Virus record (IMG/VR): IMGVR_UViG_3300046804_003859
Location: 216 to 64,215 of that record
Origin: a virus
Lineage: Duplodnaviria; Caudoviricetes
Length of the DNA: 64,000 bases
Strand: one strand, 5' to 3'
Shown here: positions 19,041 through 27,969 of the stretch, one piece after another
How positions within the stretch are numbered: the first letter of the stretch is position 1
How the letters are laid out: each line of letters begins with the position of its first letter
The notes under the pieces: generated by a model
The model's input: the letters and a program-made list of their open reading frames with translations, nothing else
Told to the model about the DNA's origin: nothing
Databases searched by the model: none
Program-made: the position numbers and the translations under genes

Positions 19041-19314
19041 GTTATATTGCCCGTGGTTTGAAGGTAATACGAACTGGGGTGTAGAAATTACTTCTGGTGA
19101 CTTTAAAGATGTTGTTATTCAGATAGAAAAGATGGAATTTTCAGATGAGCCTAATAATGTAGAATTAGTGTATCACGTTATTAGCAAACCTGATATTCTA
19201 GAAGAAGAGCTTTCTAAGAATCCAGTCTTTGAATCTACTATTGAATTAATTGTTAACGATATACTTAAAGAAGCCATAGAAATTCATGAACAGAATAGAA
19301 ACAGTAATTCTTAA
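19021..19314 (+). CDS. hypothetical protein (position of T4 gp40)
   Basis: ORF between uvsX and gp41. Confidence 0.55.
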   Translation: MLMLRNELYCPWFEGNTNWGVEITSGDFKDVVIQIEKMEFSDEPNNVELVYHVISKPDILEEELSKNPVFESTIELIVNDILKEAIEIHEQNRNSNS

Positions 19315-20683
19315 AAATCTAGTTCATAATGAAGACTACATGCGTAAAGTACTTCCGTTTATTTCGGAAGAGTATTTCGTAGATCATAGTGATAAAACGA
19401 TCTACAATCTTATTCATACCTTTATTACCAAGTATAATAAACCGCCTACAGTTGAAGCATTAGAGATATCACTACAAAACTCTAGTCTACCTGAAGGTAG
19501 TTATAAAGAAGCTCATGAAGTACTAAAGACCTTACATACTTTCGAGCAAACTAATCCAGAATGGCTAATAAACGAGACAGAAAAGTTTTGTAAAGATAAA
19601 GCTATCTATAATGCTATTCTAAAGTCTATCGATATCTTAGAAGAAAAGGATAAAAAACTATCTAAGGATGGTATTCCTTCTTTACTGCAAGAAGCGTTAG
19701 GAGTATGCTTTGACTCTTCGGTCGGTCACGATTACTTTGAGAATGCTAGTGATCGCTATGACTTCTATCATAAGGTAGAGAGTCGTATACCATTTGACTT
19801 AGATTTATTTAATAAAATTACTCAGGGTGGTCTACCTAATAAGACATTAAACATTGCTTTAGCAGGTACTGGTGTTGGTAAGTCGTTGTTCATGTGTCAT
19901 ATGGCAGCCGGTACTCTGGCTCAAGGTAAGAATGTATTGTATATTACCTTAGAGATGGCTGAAGAGCGGATTGCTGAGAGAATCGATGCTAATTTACTTA
20001 ATGTAGAGATTGATCAGCTGAAAAACTTACCGAAGAATATGTTTGAGAGTCGGATGAGTAAAGTATCTGATAAGACTCACGGTAAATTAATTATCAAAGA
20101 GTATCCTACTGCGTCAGCTCATGTAAGTCACTTTAAAGCATTACTAAACGAATTAGCGTTAAAGAGATCTTTTAGACCTGATATCATATTCATTGATTAC
20201 CTTAACATCTGCGCATCATCAAGATTCAAACCAGGTGGAAGTGTAAATTCATATACATATGTTAAAGCCATAGCTGAAGAGTTGCGCGGTCTTGCTGTAG
20301 AATTTAATCTACCTATCGTATCAGCTACACAGACTACACGTTCAGGTTATTCGAACACAGATGTAGAGCTGACAGATACATCCGAATCTTTCGGTCTACC
20401 AGCAACAGCAGACTTTATGTTTGCACTTATTAGTACAGAAGAACTCGAGCAGCTGAATCAGTTAATGGTTAAGCAATTAAAGAATCGTTACAATGATCCG
20501 ACTTTCCATAAGCGATTTATGGTAGGTATAGATCGTACCAAGATGAGATTATATGATTTAGAACCATCTGCACAAAAAGGGTTGGTAGATACCGGTGCCG
20601 ATAAAGATGATTCTGATGATGCTTTTGATTTTACGAAACAAATTAAAGCAGTGCCTAAAAACTTCCAAAGCATTAAAATATAA
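19286..20683 (+). CDS. 41: replicative helicase gp41
   Basis: AGTGVGKS, ITLEMAEE, KEYPT, IDYLNIC, SATQT, ESFGLPATAD, KQLKNRY. Confidence 0.96.
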   Translation: MNRIETVILKNLVHNEDYMRKVLPFISEEYFVDHSDKTIYNLIHTFITKYNKPPTVEALEISLQNSSLPEGSYKEAHEVLKTLHTFEQTNPEWLINETEKFCKDKAIYNAILKSIDILEEKDKKLSKDGIPSLLQEALGVCFDSSVGHDYFENASDRYDFYHKVESRIPFDLDLFNKITQGGLPNKTLNIALAGTGVGKSLFMCHMAAGTLAQGKNVLYITLEMAEERIAERIDANLLNVEIDQLKNLPKNMFESRMSKVSDKTHGKLIIKEYPTASAHVSHFKALLNELALKRSFRPDIIFIDYLNICASSRFKPGGSVNSYTYVKAIAEELRGLAVEFNLPIVSATQTTRSGYSNTDVELTDTSESFGLPATADFMFALISTEELEQLNQLMVKQLKNRYNDPTFHKRFMVGIDRTKMRLYDLEPSAQKGLVDTGADKDDSDDAFDFTKQIKAVPKNFQSIKI

Positions 20684-20698
20684 TCTGAAGGATACAAA

Positions 20699-20857
20699 TT
20701 GAACTGGTTAGACATTACACAAATTTTTCTTATGCTTTTCGCCTGTTACACCTGCTTTCTCGCAGGTAAATTTAGAGGCGTTCACGCTATCATAGATTTA
20801 CTAATAGAAAAAAACCTTATTAAAGAAAGTGACTTAGACAAACTGACAGATAGTTGA
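20699..20857 (+). CDS. small membrane protein (52 aa, TTG start, not in ORF track)
   Basis: RBS AAGGA; MNWLDITQIFLMLFACYTCFLAG. Confidence 0.5.
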   Translation: MNWLDITQIFLMLFACYTCFLAGKFRGVHAIIDLLIEKNLIKESDLDKLTDS

Positions 20858-20882
20858 TTTACATCCTTAGTGTAGTTATAAT
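20854..20882 (+). promoter_or_regulatory. sigma70-like early promoter
   Basis: TTGATT-17nt-TATAAT. Confidence 0.65.
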
Positions 20883-20893
20883 ATACTTCATAA

Positions 20894-21163
20894 ATGGGAG
20901 GTAATATGACACAAAATAATTCTAGGCAGCGCGTTAAAGTAGATACTATTGGCAATAACGGTTTAGAAGAGATGTATCAAGCTTACGAAAAAGAAACTCT
21001 AGAAGACTTTCGTAAACGTTGTATTTCTATTATTGAGTCGTCCACAGGTAAGAAAGAAACTAAAAATACCTTTATTAATGTTCTTATGAGAGCAACCTCT
21101 AAGGACTTTATGGTTACTAAAGTAACTAACTACGTACTAGCAGGATTGGGGTTACGAGTTTAA
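20894..21163 (+). CDS. hypothetical protein
   Basis: ORF with GGAGG RBS after promoter. Confidence 0.65.
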   Translation: MGGNMTQNNSRQRVKVDTIGNNGLEEMYQAYEKETLEDFRKRCISIIESSTGKKETKNTFINVLMRATSKDFMVTKVTNYVLAGLGLRV

Positions 21164-21180
21164 TTTGTGATGAGGTTGTT

Positions 21181-21522
21181 ATGAAAAAATTTATAGTAGC
21201 TGGTGTATCAACGTGTAACGGTCAGACCAAAGTTCGTTTTTGTTCTGATAGAATTCTGCGTATTAAAAATCTGCAAAAGCAAGGTGACGAAAATATTAAC
21301 CTTGTAGACCTACCTCATGAAATGACCAAGAAAGAAGCTTGTAAGTATCTCTTGTCACTTCCTGAGTTTAAGGACTTTTATTTTGATATTGGAAGTACCT
21401 TGACCCAAAAAACATTGCAATCAACCAAAAAAGAAATTAAAATAGAGCTTCCTAAGATAGTTGAGGATAAAGAAATTACTAATATCCGAGAACTAGCTTA
21501 TGCATTTCCAGATCTACAGTAG
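21181..21522 (+). CDS. hypothetical protein
   Basis: ORF with GAGG RBS; FIVAGVS..TKVRF. Confidence 0.65.
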   Translation: MKKFIVAGVSTCNGQTKVRFCSDRILRIKNLQKQGDENINLVDLPHEMTKKEACKYLLSLPEFKDFYFDIGSTLTQKTLQSTKKEIKIELPKIVEDKEITNIRELAYAFPDLQ

Positions 21523-21585
21523 CATAGGAAAGACCGCCGCCTATGCTTACTTTCTTGTGGCGGGGCATTATTGATAGGAGTGACT

Positions 21586-21834
21586 ATGTCATTGCAAACT
21601 AAGGTGTTGAACGTTCTTCGTTCCGGTAAGCAGTTTACTGCCGGTCAGATCGCTGGTCTCTTTGGCTCTACTGAGACCTCGGTATCTGCTCGAGTGTCTG
21701 AGCTTCGTGCTCAAGGCTATGCCATCTATAGCAATACTGCTAAGAATGGCAAGACAGCTTATCGTCTTGGTAAGCCTTCTCGTGCTATGGTTGCAGCTGC
21801 TTATGCTTCGGCAGGCAGCTCAGTCTTCGGTTAA
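21586..21834 (+). CDS. winged helix-turn-helix protein
   Basis: VLNVLRSGKQFTAGQIAGLFG..SVSARVSELRAQGYAIY..YRLG; RBS AGGAG. Confidence 0.8.
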   Translation: MSLQTKVLNVLRSGKQFTAGQIAGLFGSTETSVSARVSELRAQGYAIYSNTAKNGKTAYRLGKPSRAMVAAAYASAGSSVFG

Positions 21835-21845
21835 ACTAAACCGGG

Positions 21846-21871
21846 CCTGGTGAGGAAACTCACCAGGTTTT
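21846..21871 (+). terminator. rho-independent terminator
   Basis: CCTGGTGAG-gaaa-CTCACCAGG then TTTT. Confidence 0.8.
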
Positions 21872-21874
21872 ATT

Positions 21875-22192
21875 ATGCCCTTATTCGTTGTTGAAACTAT
21901 TAGTACTTACCGTCATAGGTATATTATCGAGTGTAAAAAACTCGAACATGCTTTCGATACAGTAGTATGTAAGGAAGCACCAGATTTTAGTCAGATGTAT
22001 CTAGGTGAAAATATTGTAACCGGCCGTCAAATTACTTACGATGATTTTCATAAAATGAATAATGCATTGAATTATTACGGTGACGGTACTTCGTATCAAC
22101 CAGAAAGTGGATCTCCTTGGATGGGTGAAAAAATGATTCACGTTGTTAAATACGAAAAGGAAGAACATGGTACGGAAGAACAAACTATCTGA
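21875..22192 (+). CDS. hypothetical protein
   Basis: MPLFVVETISTYRHRYII; ORF packing. Confidence 0.65.
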   Translation: MPLFVVETISTYRHRYIIECKKLEHAFDTVVCKEAPDFSQMYLGENIVTGRQITYDDFHKMNNALNYYGDGTSYQPESGSPWMGEKMIHVVKYEKEEHGTEEQTI

Positions 22193-22394
22193 ACTTATTA
22201 TTAATAAAAGAGACTTTGATCCCAGTGTTCGTGAAGATAGGATTCTAGCTTATAAGTTCCTGGATAGTTACTCGTGGCGAGGAATTACTCCAGATAACCT
22301 GTGCCCTTTCTTCTGTGAATGGCCGTATATCGAAGTTCCAGCTATGCTAAAAGATAAGTTAGTTGATTACTACAAAACTAAAGAAAAATATTGA
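22143..22394 (+). CDS. hypothetical protein
   Basis: CPFFCEWPY motif; ORF packing. Confidence 0.55.
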   Translation: MLNTKRKNMVRKNKLSELIINKRDFDPSVREDRILAYKFLDSYSWRGITPDNLCPFFCEWPYIEVPAMLKDKLVDYYKTKEKY

Positions 22395-22410
22395 ATCAAC
22401 ACTCAGCTAG

Positions 22411-22432
22411 CCCCCGAAATGGGGGTTTTTTA
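22411..22432 (+). terminator. rho-independent terminator
   Basis: CCCCC-gaaat-GGGGG followed by T-run. Confidence 0.75.
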
Positions 22433-22435
22433 TTA

Positions 22436-22443
22436 TATAAATA
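22436..22443 (+). promoter_or_regulatory. T4-type late promoter TATAAATA
   Basis: exact consensus right after the terminator, heading the late block. Confidence 0.75.
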
Positions 22444-22448
22444 TTCAT

Positions 22449-23636
22449 ATGGAAAAGACCATAAACATTGATAGTATTGCTTCTGCACTATCATCTAGAA
22501 AAACAATTATTAGTTCTTTAAGAACCAAAACCGGGTCGTTAGATAAAATTCTAACGCAAATAGAGTCCTACCGTGTTCCCGTAAAAGCAGTATTTTTTAG
22601 TAAAAGTATTGCTTTCAGAGTAGGGTCCAGTTCTATAAAAGATCTTAAAGCTGAAGGTATTACTGGATTACCATCAGGTTTTAAAACTGAATTTAAAGGG
22701 GATTTTTTAGATGAATTTTTAAGCCTAGTTTCTAACCCTGGTATCATAAACAAACACAAGCTAGTCATTCTATCTGCTGGTTACTATATTTTATTTAAGC
22801 GAAACGATGTAGTTACAGAACAAGATAAGAGTATTCAAGCAGAATCAGAACAAATTCTTCTTACTTCAACGGTACTTTCTGAATTGAAAAGAAACGGTGA
22901 TACGGTAACTATAAAAATGGGCAAAGAAACATATAATGTAGATGAGTTTAAAAAAGTACCTGGTACACCAAAAGCAGATGCAGCTTTTTATTACAAAAAT
23001 AAACCTGTTGTCTATCTATCCTTAAAAAAAGGTGTTGGACCAGCTAATTTTCAACAGTACGGGGGTTGGGCTGGTGATCTTGGTATAAAAACAAGAAGCG
23101 ATGTTAAAAGTAAACCTATCTTTGAAGATTTTGTTTCACGTGTAGAAAATATTTTTACTAAATTAGGTTTGGTTCCAGACAGTAATGGTAGATTTAATTT
23201 TAATGATTTAAAAAAAGGTTCATACTTTGGTAACCCTGTAACTAACGAATATGTAGGTAACAAAGTCAAATTTGGTAAAGACTATTCTCCTGTCTCTTCA
23301 TTTGGTATTAACAATGTTCATGCTCTAGTAGATGGAGACATAAAATTTAAATTTAAAGACGGTGTTTATACTCTTGATGGTCAGTATCATTATGAACTAA
23401 ACCCGAGCCTTGACACTAGTATATCATCTTTGAAAGAAGAAAATTTATACAAACCTATTTTAATGGTTTACAAATCTGAAGGGCAGGGGCTTAATCAAGG
23501 CGGGTTCTCAAATGCTAGAGCTGCTATATGGCCTAATAACAGAGTTGCACAAGCAGCTATAGAAAAATTTAATCTTGCAGAGCAACTTATAAAAAATAAA
23601 CAAATAGATAAATTAAAAGAAACGTTTCTTAAATGA
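22449..23636 (+). CDS. hypothetical protein with PD-(D/E)XK nuclease-like motif
   Basis: E...GTPKADAAF..VVYLSLKKG..FQQYGG. Confidence 0.55.
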   Translation: MEKTINIDSIASALSSRKTIISSLRTKTGSLDKILTQIESYRVPVKAVFFSKSIAFRVGSSSIKDLKAEGITGLPSGFKTEFKGDFLDEFLSLVSNPGIINKHKLVILSAGYYILFKRNDVVTEQDKSIQAESEQILLTSTVLSELKRNGDTVTIKMGKETYNVDEFKKVPGTPKADAAFYYKNKPVVYLSLKKGVGPANFQQYGGWAGDLGIKTRSDVKSKPIFEDFVSRVENIFTKLGLVPDSNGRFNFNDLKKGSYFGNPVTNEYVGNKVKFGKDYSPVSSFGINNVHALVDGDIKFKFKDGVYTLDGQYHYELNPSLDTSISSLKEENLYKPILMVYKSEGQGLNQGGFSNARAAIWPNNRVAQAAIEKFNLAEQLIKNKQIDKLKETFLK

Positions 23637-24832
23637 CTTTTAAACTACACCTATTAGAAGCTGCATCTGAAGAAAAATTAAAGCATTTAGAGCATGCCGA
23701 AGATCATATTATGAATGCTGGTATGGAAGGCTTTGCTCATGCTTATCATAACTTAGAAGACGTTCACGATCAGCTTCAAGGTAAGAAAAACAAAACTACT
23801 ATTATGACTAAGTACGATGGGTCACCATCTATAGTTTTTGGTCATCATCCTGAAACAGGTCGTTTCTTTGTAGCGTCTAAATCTGCTTTCAACGTTAACC
23901 CTAAACTAAACTATACCCCTTCTGACGTAGATAAGAATCATGGTAACTCACCAGGCCTAGCAGAAAAACTAAAGCATGCTTTGTTACATCTACCTAAAAT
24001 AATGCCTGATAAAGGAGTCTATCAAGGTGATTTAATGCACTCAGGTGTTAAGTCTAAAGATAACCCTCAAGGTGATATAGTAAACAAAGATGGTAAATAT
24101 CAGTTTAAACCTAATTTAATTACTTACTCTACCTCGCATAATTCCGCTGAAGGTAAAAAAATAGCTAAATCAAAATTAGGAATAGTCGTTCATACAGCGT
24201 ATACAGGTAAAAACTTTGCTAATTTAAAAGCAGACTACTCTCCAGATCTGTCGCATTTTACCAAGCATGAAGATGTTCACATGATTGATAATCGTAACGA
24301 CGTTCCTTCTGCTAAATTAACCCCAGATCAACATCAGACATATACTCATCACTTAGAACAAGCAAAACAGCTATTTACTTCTACACCAAAAGAGGCTTAT
24401 AATGTTATGTCTGGTGAACATGCTGATCACGCCGATCATTTAAAAACGTACATTAATAAAACAGTACGTGAAGGGTCGAAACCTTCGGTTACAGGTTATC
24501 AAGAGCACCTAAAAGATTTACATACTAAAGCTATTGCTAAAGTAAAGACGCAAAAAGCAGTTCAGCAAAAAATGGATGTAATGAATCAACATTTAGAGCA
24601 TGTAAATAAAAATAAACAGCATTTTGACGCTATTCTACAGATGCATCATCATATGCAATCGGCAAAAGATCAATTAGTTCATGCCTTATCTGCTAATCCT
24701 AAATTTGAGCATTCTATTAACGGGGTTAAATCAAAGCCGGAAGGTTATGTCGTTGTAAGAAACAATAGACCCACTAAACTAGTAGATCGTGCTGAGTTTA
24801 GTCGTCAGAATTTCTTAGCTAGATCTCAATGA
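23633..24832 (+). CDS. conserved T4-like protein with RNA/DNA-ligase-type nucleotidyltransferase motifs (DUF6267-like)
   Basis: KHLEHAED; TKYDGSPSIVFG (KxDG), YQGDL, EGYVV, KLVDRAEFS. Confidence 0.7.
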   Translation: MTFKLHLLEAASEEKLKHLEHAEDHIMNAGMEGFAHAYHNLEDVHDQLQGKKNKTTIMTKYDGSPSIVFGHHPETGRFFVASKSAFNVNPKLNYTPSDVDKNHGNSPGLAEKLKHALLHLPKIMPDKGVYQGDLMHSGVKSKDNPQGDIVNKDGKYQFKPNLITYSTSHNSAEGKKIAKSKLGIVVHTAYTGKNFANLKADYSPDLSHFTKHEDVHMIDNRNDVPSAKLTPDQHQTYTHHLEQAKQLFTSTPKEAYNVMSGEHADHADHLKTYINKTVREGSKPSVTGYQEHLKDLHTKAIAKVKTQKAVQQKMDVMNQHLEHVNKNKQHFDAILQMHHHMQSAKDQLVHALSANPKFEHSINGVKSKPEGYVVVRNNRPTKLVDRAEFSRQNFLARSQ

Positions 24833-25905
24833 AAAGCATTAAAGAAAAACAACTTCTTGTAAAATGGTCTAGGGCTATGAATGAGCCTATAGATCCTGCT
24901 ATAGTAGAAGAAGTAGAAAAATATGAACGTTTACAAAATGAAATTATTGAGTCTGTTCGTCAAAATACAATAAGAGACCTTACAGAAGCTTCACGAGTAG
25001 CTGATGATTTAGTTAATAAAATTATCGAGTATCCTAAACCACCTACTCTGGAAGAGGTGCTTGAGGTATTAAAGGAGGAAGCGGATGAGTTGGTACAATC
25101 ACAGACCGAACAAACAATCGAAGCCAGTGAACCCGAGCCAGCCGAACCAGCCGAACCAACCGAAGCAATCGAGTTACCCGCCAAAACGTTAGCTGATTTT
25201 GCTGCAGAGCATATCACAAAAGAGGTTAAGTTAGAAGAAAGAGCTGATTCATTCCAACAACCTGACCCTACTTTAGTAAATAAAAACCTAGATGATATTG
25301 TTAAGAAATTAAGATTTTTAGAACAAGCTATTGGTAGAATAGCAGCGCACGGTCCAGGATCGGGTGAAGTACGATTACTTAATTTAGATGATGTAGATAC
25401 TTCTCAGTTAGCAGATGGTAAAGCTTTATTCTACAGTTCAGCTAATGCTAAATTAGAATTTAGAGAGGTAAGTGGTGGTGGAGGTGGATCAGCTAATTTA
25501 CTTTCAGTTTCTACAGCTATTATTCCTGATCAAGATAGTGTCTATGATATTGGTACGCCAGATAAACGATGGGGAACACTTTACTTAGCTAATAATACTA
25601 TTGACCTAGGCGGTGCTACTATTTCATCTGATGGTTCAGGTACTATTACTATATCATCCTCTGGTGCAGTTTTACCTGTCAACTCTAAAATTAATACTGG
25701 TACCGAAGATAAACCTATCGCTCTTCTAGGAGCTACAGGTGCAGTTACTACTTTAGTGCCATTCTATACGAAATCCCTTGGCCTAAATACAATAGCGGTT
25801 AATTTTACTTTTGGTGCCAATCCTGACGATTATGTTTTTACCAATTTTACGTTTAATGACGGTACTACAATAACACAATCAGGTAGAGCTCAATTCTACT
25901 TCTAA
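24829..25905 (+). CDS. putative virion protein
   Basis: GPGSGEVRLLNLDDVD; YDIGTPDKRWGTLYL fibre-type repeat. Confidence 0.6.
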   Translation: MKSIKEKQLLVKWSRAMNEPIDPAIVEEVEKYERLQNEIIESVRQNTIRDLTEASRVADDLVNKIIEYPKPPTLEEVLEVLKEEADELVQSQTEQTIEASEPEPAEPAEPTEAIELPAKTLADFAAEHITKEVKLEERADSFQQPDPTLVNKNLDDIVKKLRFLEQAIGRIAAHGPGSGEVRLLNLDDVDTSQLADGKALFYSSANAKLEFREVSGGGGGSANLLSVSTAIIPDQDSVYDIGTPDKRWGTLYLANNTIDLGGATISSDGSGTITISSSGAVLPVNSKINTGTEDKPIALLGATGAVTTLVPFYTKSLGLNTIAVNFTFGANPDDYVFTNFTFNDGTTITQSGRAQFYF

Positions 25906-25909
25906 ACAC

Positions 25910-27190
25910 ATGGCGACTTCTAAAACCCCTATACGAACAGTATATGATAATTCCAATGCACCTATTGGATTAGCAGAATTTCAGACTGGTGAAGTAATAG
26001 ACATTATTCATGGAGGTACTGGAGGCAACACAGTAGCTACGGCTAAATTACAGCTATCGCTTACTGATTCAAATATACGCTCGTTAATTAGTGTCTCAGG
26101 TGGAGGTTCTTATAATAATACTACGGGTGTTATTACTATTAATTCTACGGATCTTACGCCGTATGCAACTATTAATCATGTTACCAATGAAATAGCAAAC
26201 GTAGTAGATGCTGCACCTGGTTTATTAGATACTTTAAACGAATTAGCAGCTGCTATTAACGATGATGCAAATTTTGCCACAACAATAACAACGTCTGTAA
26301 GTAATTCTAGAAATCAAGCTAATGCTGCTTATGATAGAGCAAATGTTGCTGTTACTTACGCCGGATCTGCTTTTGATAAAGCTAATACTTTAGTAGCTAC
26401 TGTTGCCGGGGTATCTTCTACATCTATTAGCAATGCTGTATTATTAGCCGGGTTATTAAGTGTAGATGGAGCTAGTTCAAATTTAGATTCCGATTTATTA
26501 GACGGTCAACAAGGTTCTTACTACTTAGATTGGACTAACACAACTAACAAACCCGATCCTCTTATTACAGTTACCTTAACTGGTGATGTATCAGGATCAG
26601 CCTCTGCATCGTTAATTGATCTTGCGTCAAATACTATTACCATTTCTACAACTATTTCAAGTAATTCAGTTGAATTAGGAACTGATACTACAGGAACGTA
26701 TGTAGCTAATTTAGTTGCTGGAACTGGGATAACTATTACCGGTTTAGGAAACGAAGGTACCACACCCACAATTGCTATTGGTCAAGCAGTAGGTACAACT
26801 AGTGATGTAACTTTTAATTCATTAACTGTTTCCAATGGTGCTAATATAACGGGTAATGTAGAAGTTACTGGTAATATTAATGCTACAGAGTACATTACCT
26901 CTCCATATTTTTATACTTACTCTGATAGAAATTTAAAGTCTGAAATAGAAGAGATTCAAAATTCATTAGACACTTTAAATAAGCTTCAAGGTGTCTCGTT
27001 TGTATTTAATTCTACTGGTGAAAAGTCTTTCGGGTTAATTGCTCAGGATGTTGAAGAAATTCTACCCGAAATTGTACATACTAATTCTAGTGGAATAAAA
27101 ACTATTGTTTATGATTCTATTATTGCATTTTTAATTGAAAGTATTAAAGAGCAACAAAAACAAATAGACGAACTTAAAGCAAGGCTATGA
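25910..27190 (+). CDS. tail fibre protein with intramolecular chaperone (peptidase S74-like) domain
   Basis: APGLLDTLNELAAAINDDANF; LDSDLLDGQQGSYY; YSDRNLKSEIEEI..GLIAQDVEEILPE. Confidence 0.85.
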   Translation: MATSKTPIRTVYDNSNAPIGLAEFQTGEVIDIIHGGTGGNTVATAKLQLSLTDSNIRSLISVSGGGSYNNTTGVITINSTDLTPYATINHVTNEIANVVDAAPGLLDTLNELAAAINDDANFATTITTSVSNSRNQANAAYDRANVAVTYAGSAFDKANTLVATVAGVSSTSISNAVLLAGLLSVDGASSNLDSDLLDGQQGSYYLDWTNTTNKPDPLITVTLTGDVSGSASASLIDLASNTITISTTISSNSVELGTDTTGTYVANLVAGTGITITGLGNEGTTPTIAIGQAVGTTSDVTFNSLTVSNGANITGNVEVTGNINATEYITSPYFYTYSDRNLKSEIEEIQNSLDTLNKLQGVSFVFNSTGEKSFGLIAQDVEEILPEIVHTNSSGIKTIVYDSIIAFLIESIKEQQKQIDELKARL

Positions 27191-27969
27191 ATAAATTATC
27201 CTTTAAGGATTTAGTTCCAGAGGAAGCTAAAAAAGTAAATAGAGTAGAAGATCTATGGACTCCTATCGAGCTACCTGTTCGAGAAGAAAAAAAAGTAGAA
27301 TATAAAATTTCTAAGCCTAGAAATGGTATAAAATCGTTATTAGATTTCAATGAAGATATTAAACCTGTAAAAAACGCAGTTATTGAGCCGCTAACATCTT
27401 TATTAGAACCTGTAACTGAAACAGCTCCTGTTATTAATGAACAAGAATTAGTAGAAGAAATATTAATACCTGAACCTATTATTGAACCAGTTATTACTTT
27501 AGCTGATAGAGCGGTTGATCATATTACTAAAGAAGTAAAGTTAGAAGAGCAAAATGACTCTTATCAACAACCAGATTCTTCAGTTGATGTAAGATCCTTC
27601 AATGATGTTAAAAAGAAAATCCAATTTTTACAAGATTGGATTTCTAAAATATCTTTAGCAGGACCAGGTGGTGGTGCAGGGGACGTAATTAATCTTGACC
27701 ATCCAGTCAAACTAATAACAGCAAATTACACCTTTACAAGAAAAGATTATTATGTAGGGGTTAATGCTACCTCTACTATTACAATCACAATACCTGACTC
27801 TTTAGGATTTCCTGGTAGAATGGTAATTATAAAAGATGAATCAGGTAACTGTTCTAATAATCCAATTACAGTGGACTGTACTGTTGATAATGACACTGGT
27901 GGTTTTATTTTAGCACAAAATAACGGCGGTATACAGATGATATACAGAGAAGGTTGGAGAATAGTATGA
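27187..27969 (+). CDS. putative virion protein, paralogue of 24829 ORF
   Basis: shared HITKEVKLEE..QQPD domain; C-terminal DYYVGV..IIKDESG..GWRIV fibre domain. Confidence 0.6.
   Translation: MNKLSFKDLVPEEAKKVNRVEDLWTPIELPVREEKKVEYKISKPRNGIKSLLDFNEDIKPVKNAVIEPLTSLLEPVTETAPVINEQELVEEILIPEPIIEPVITLADRAVDHITKEVKLEEQNDSYQQPDSSVDVRSFNDVKKKIQFLQDWISKISLAGPGGGAGDVINLDHPVKLITANYTFTRKDYYVGVNATSTITITIPDSLGFPGRMVIIKDESGNCSNNPITVDCTVDNDTGGFILAQNNGGIQMIYREGWRIV

Noticed and set aside
25128-25170. 9-nt tandem repeat (CCAGCCGAA) and the 24-nt APKxxPSK repeats near 32230-32290
   Set aside because: These are short in-frame low-complexity linkers, not an array or contingency locus.
25910-27190. Diversity-generating retroelement or invertible tail-fibre system
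   Set aside because: No reverse transcriptase, TR/VR pair, recombinase or inverted repeats are visible.
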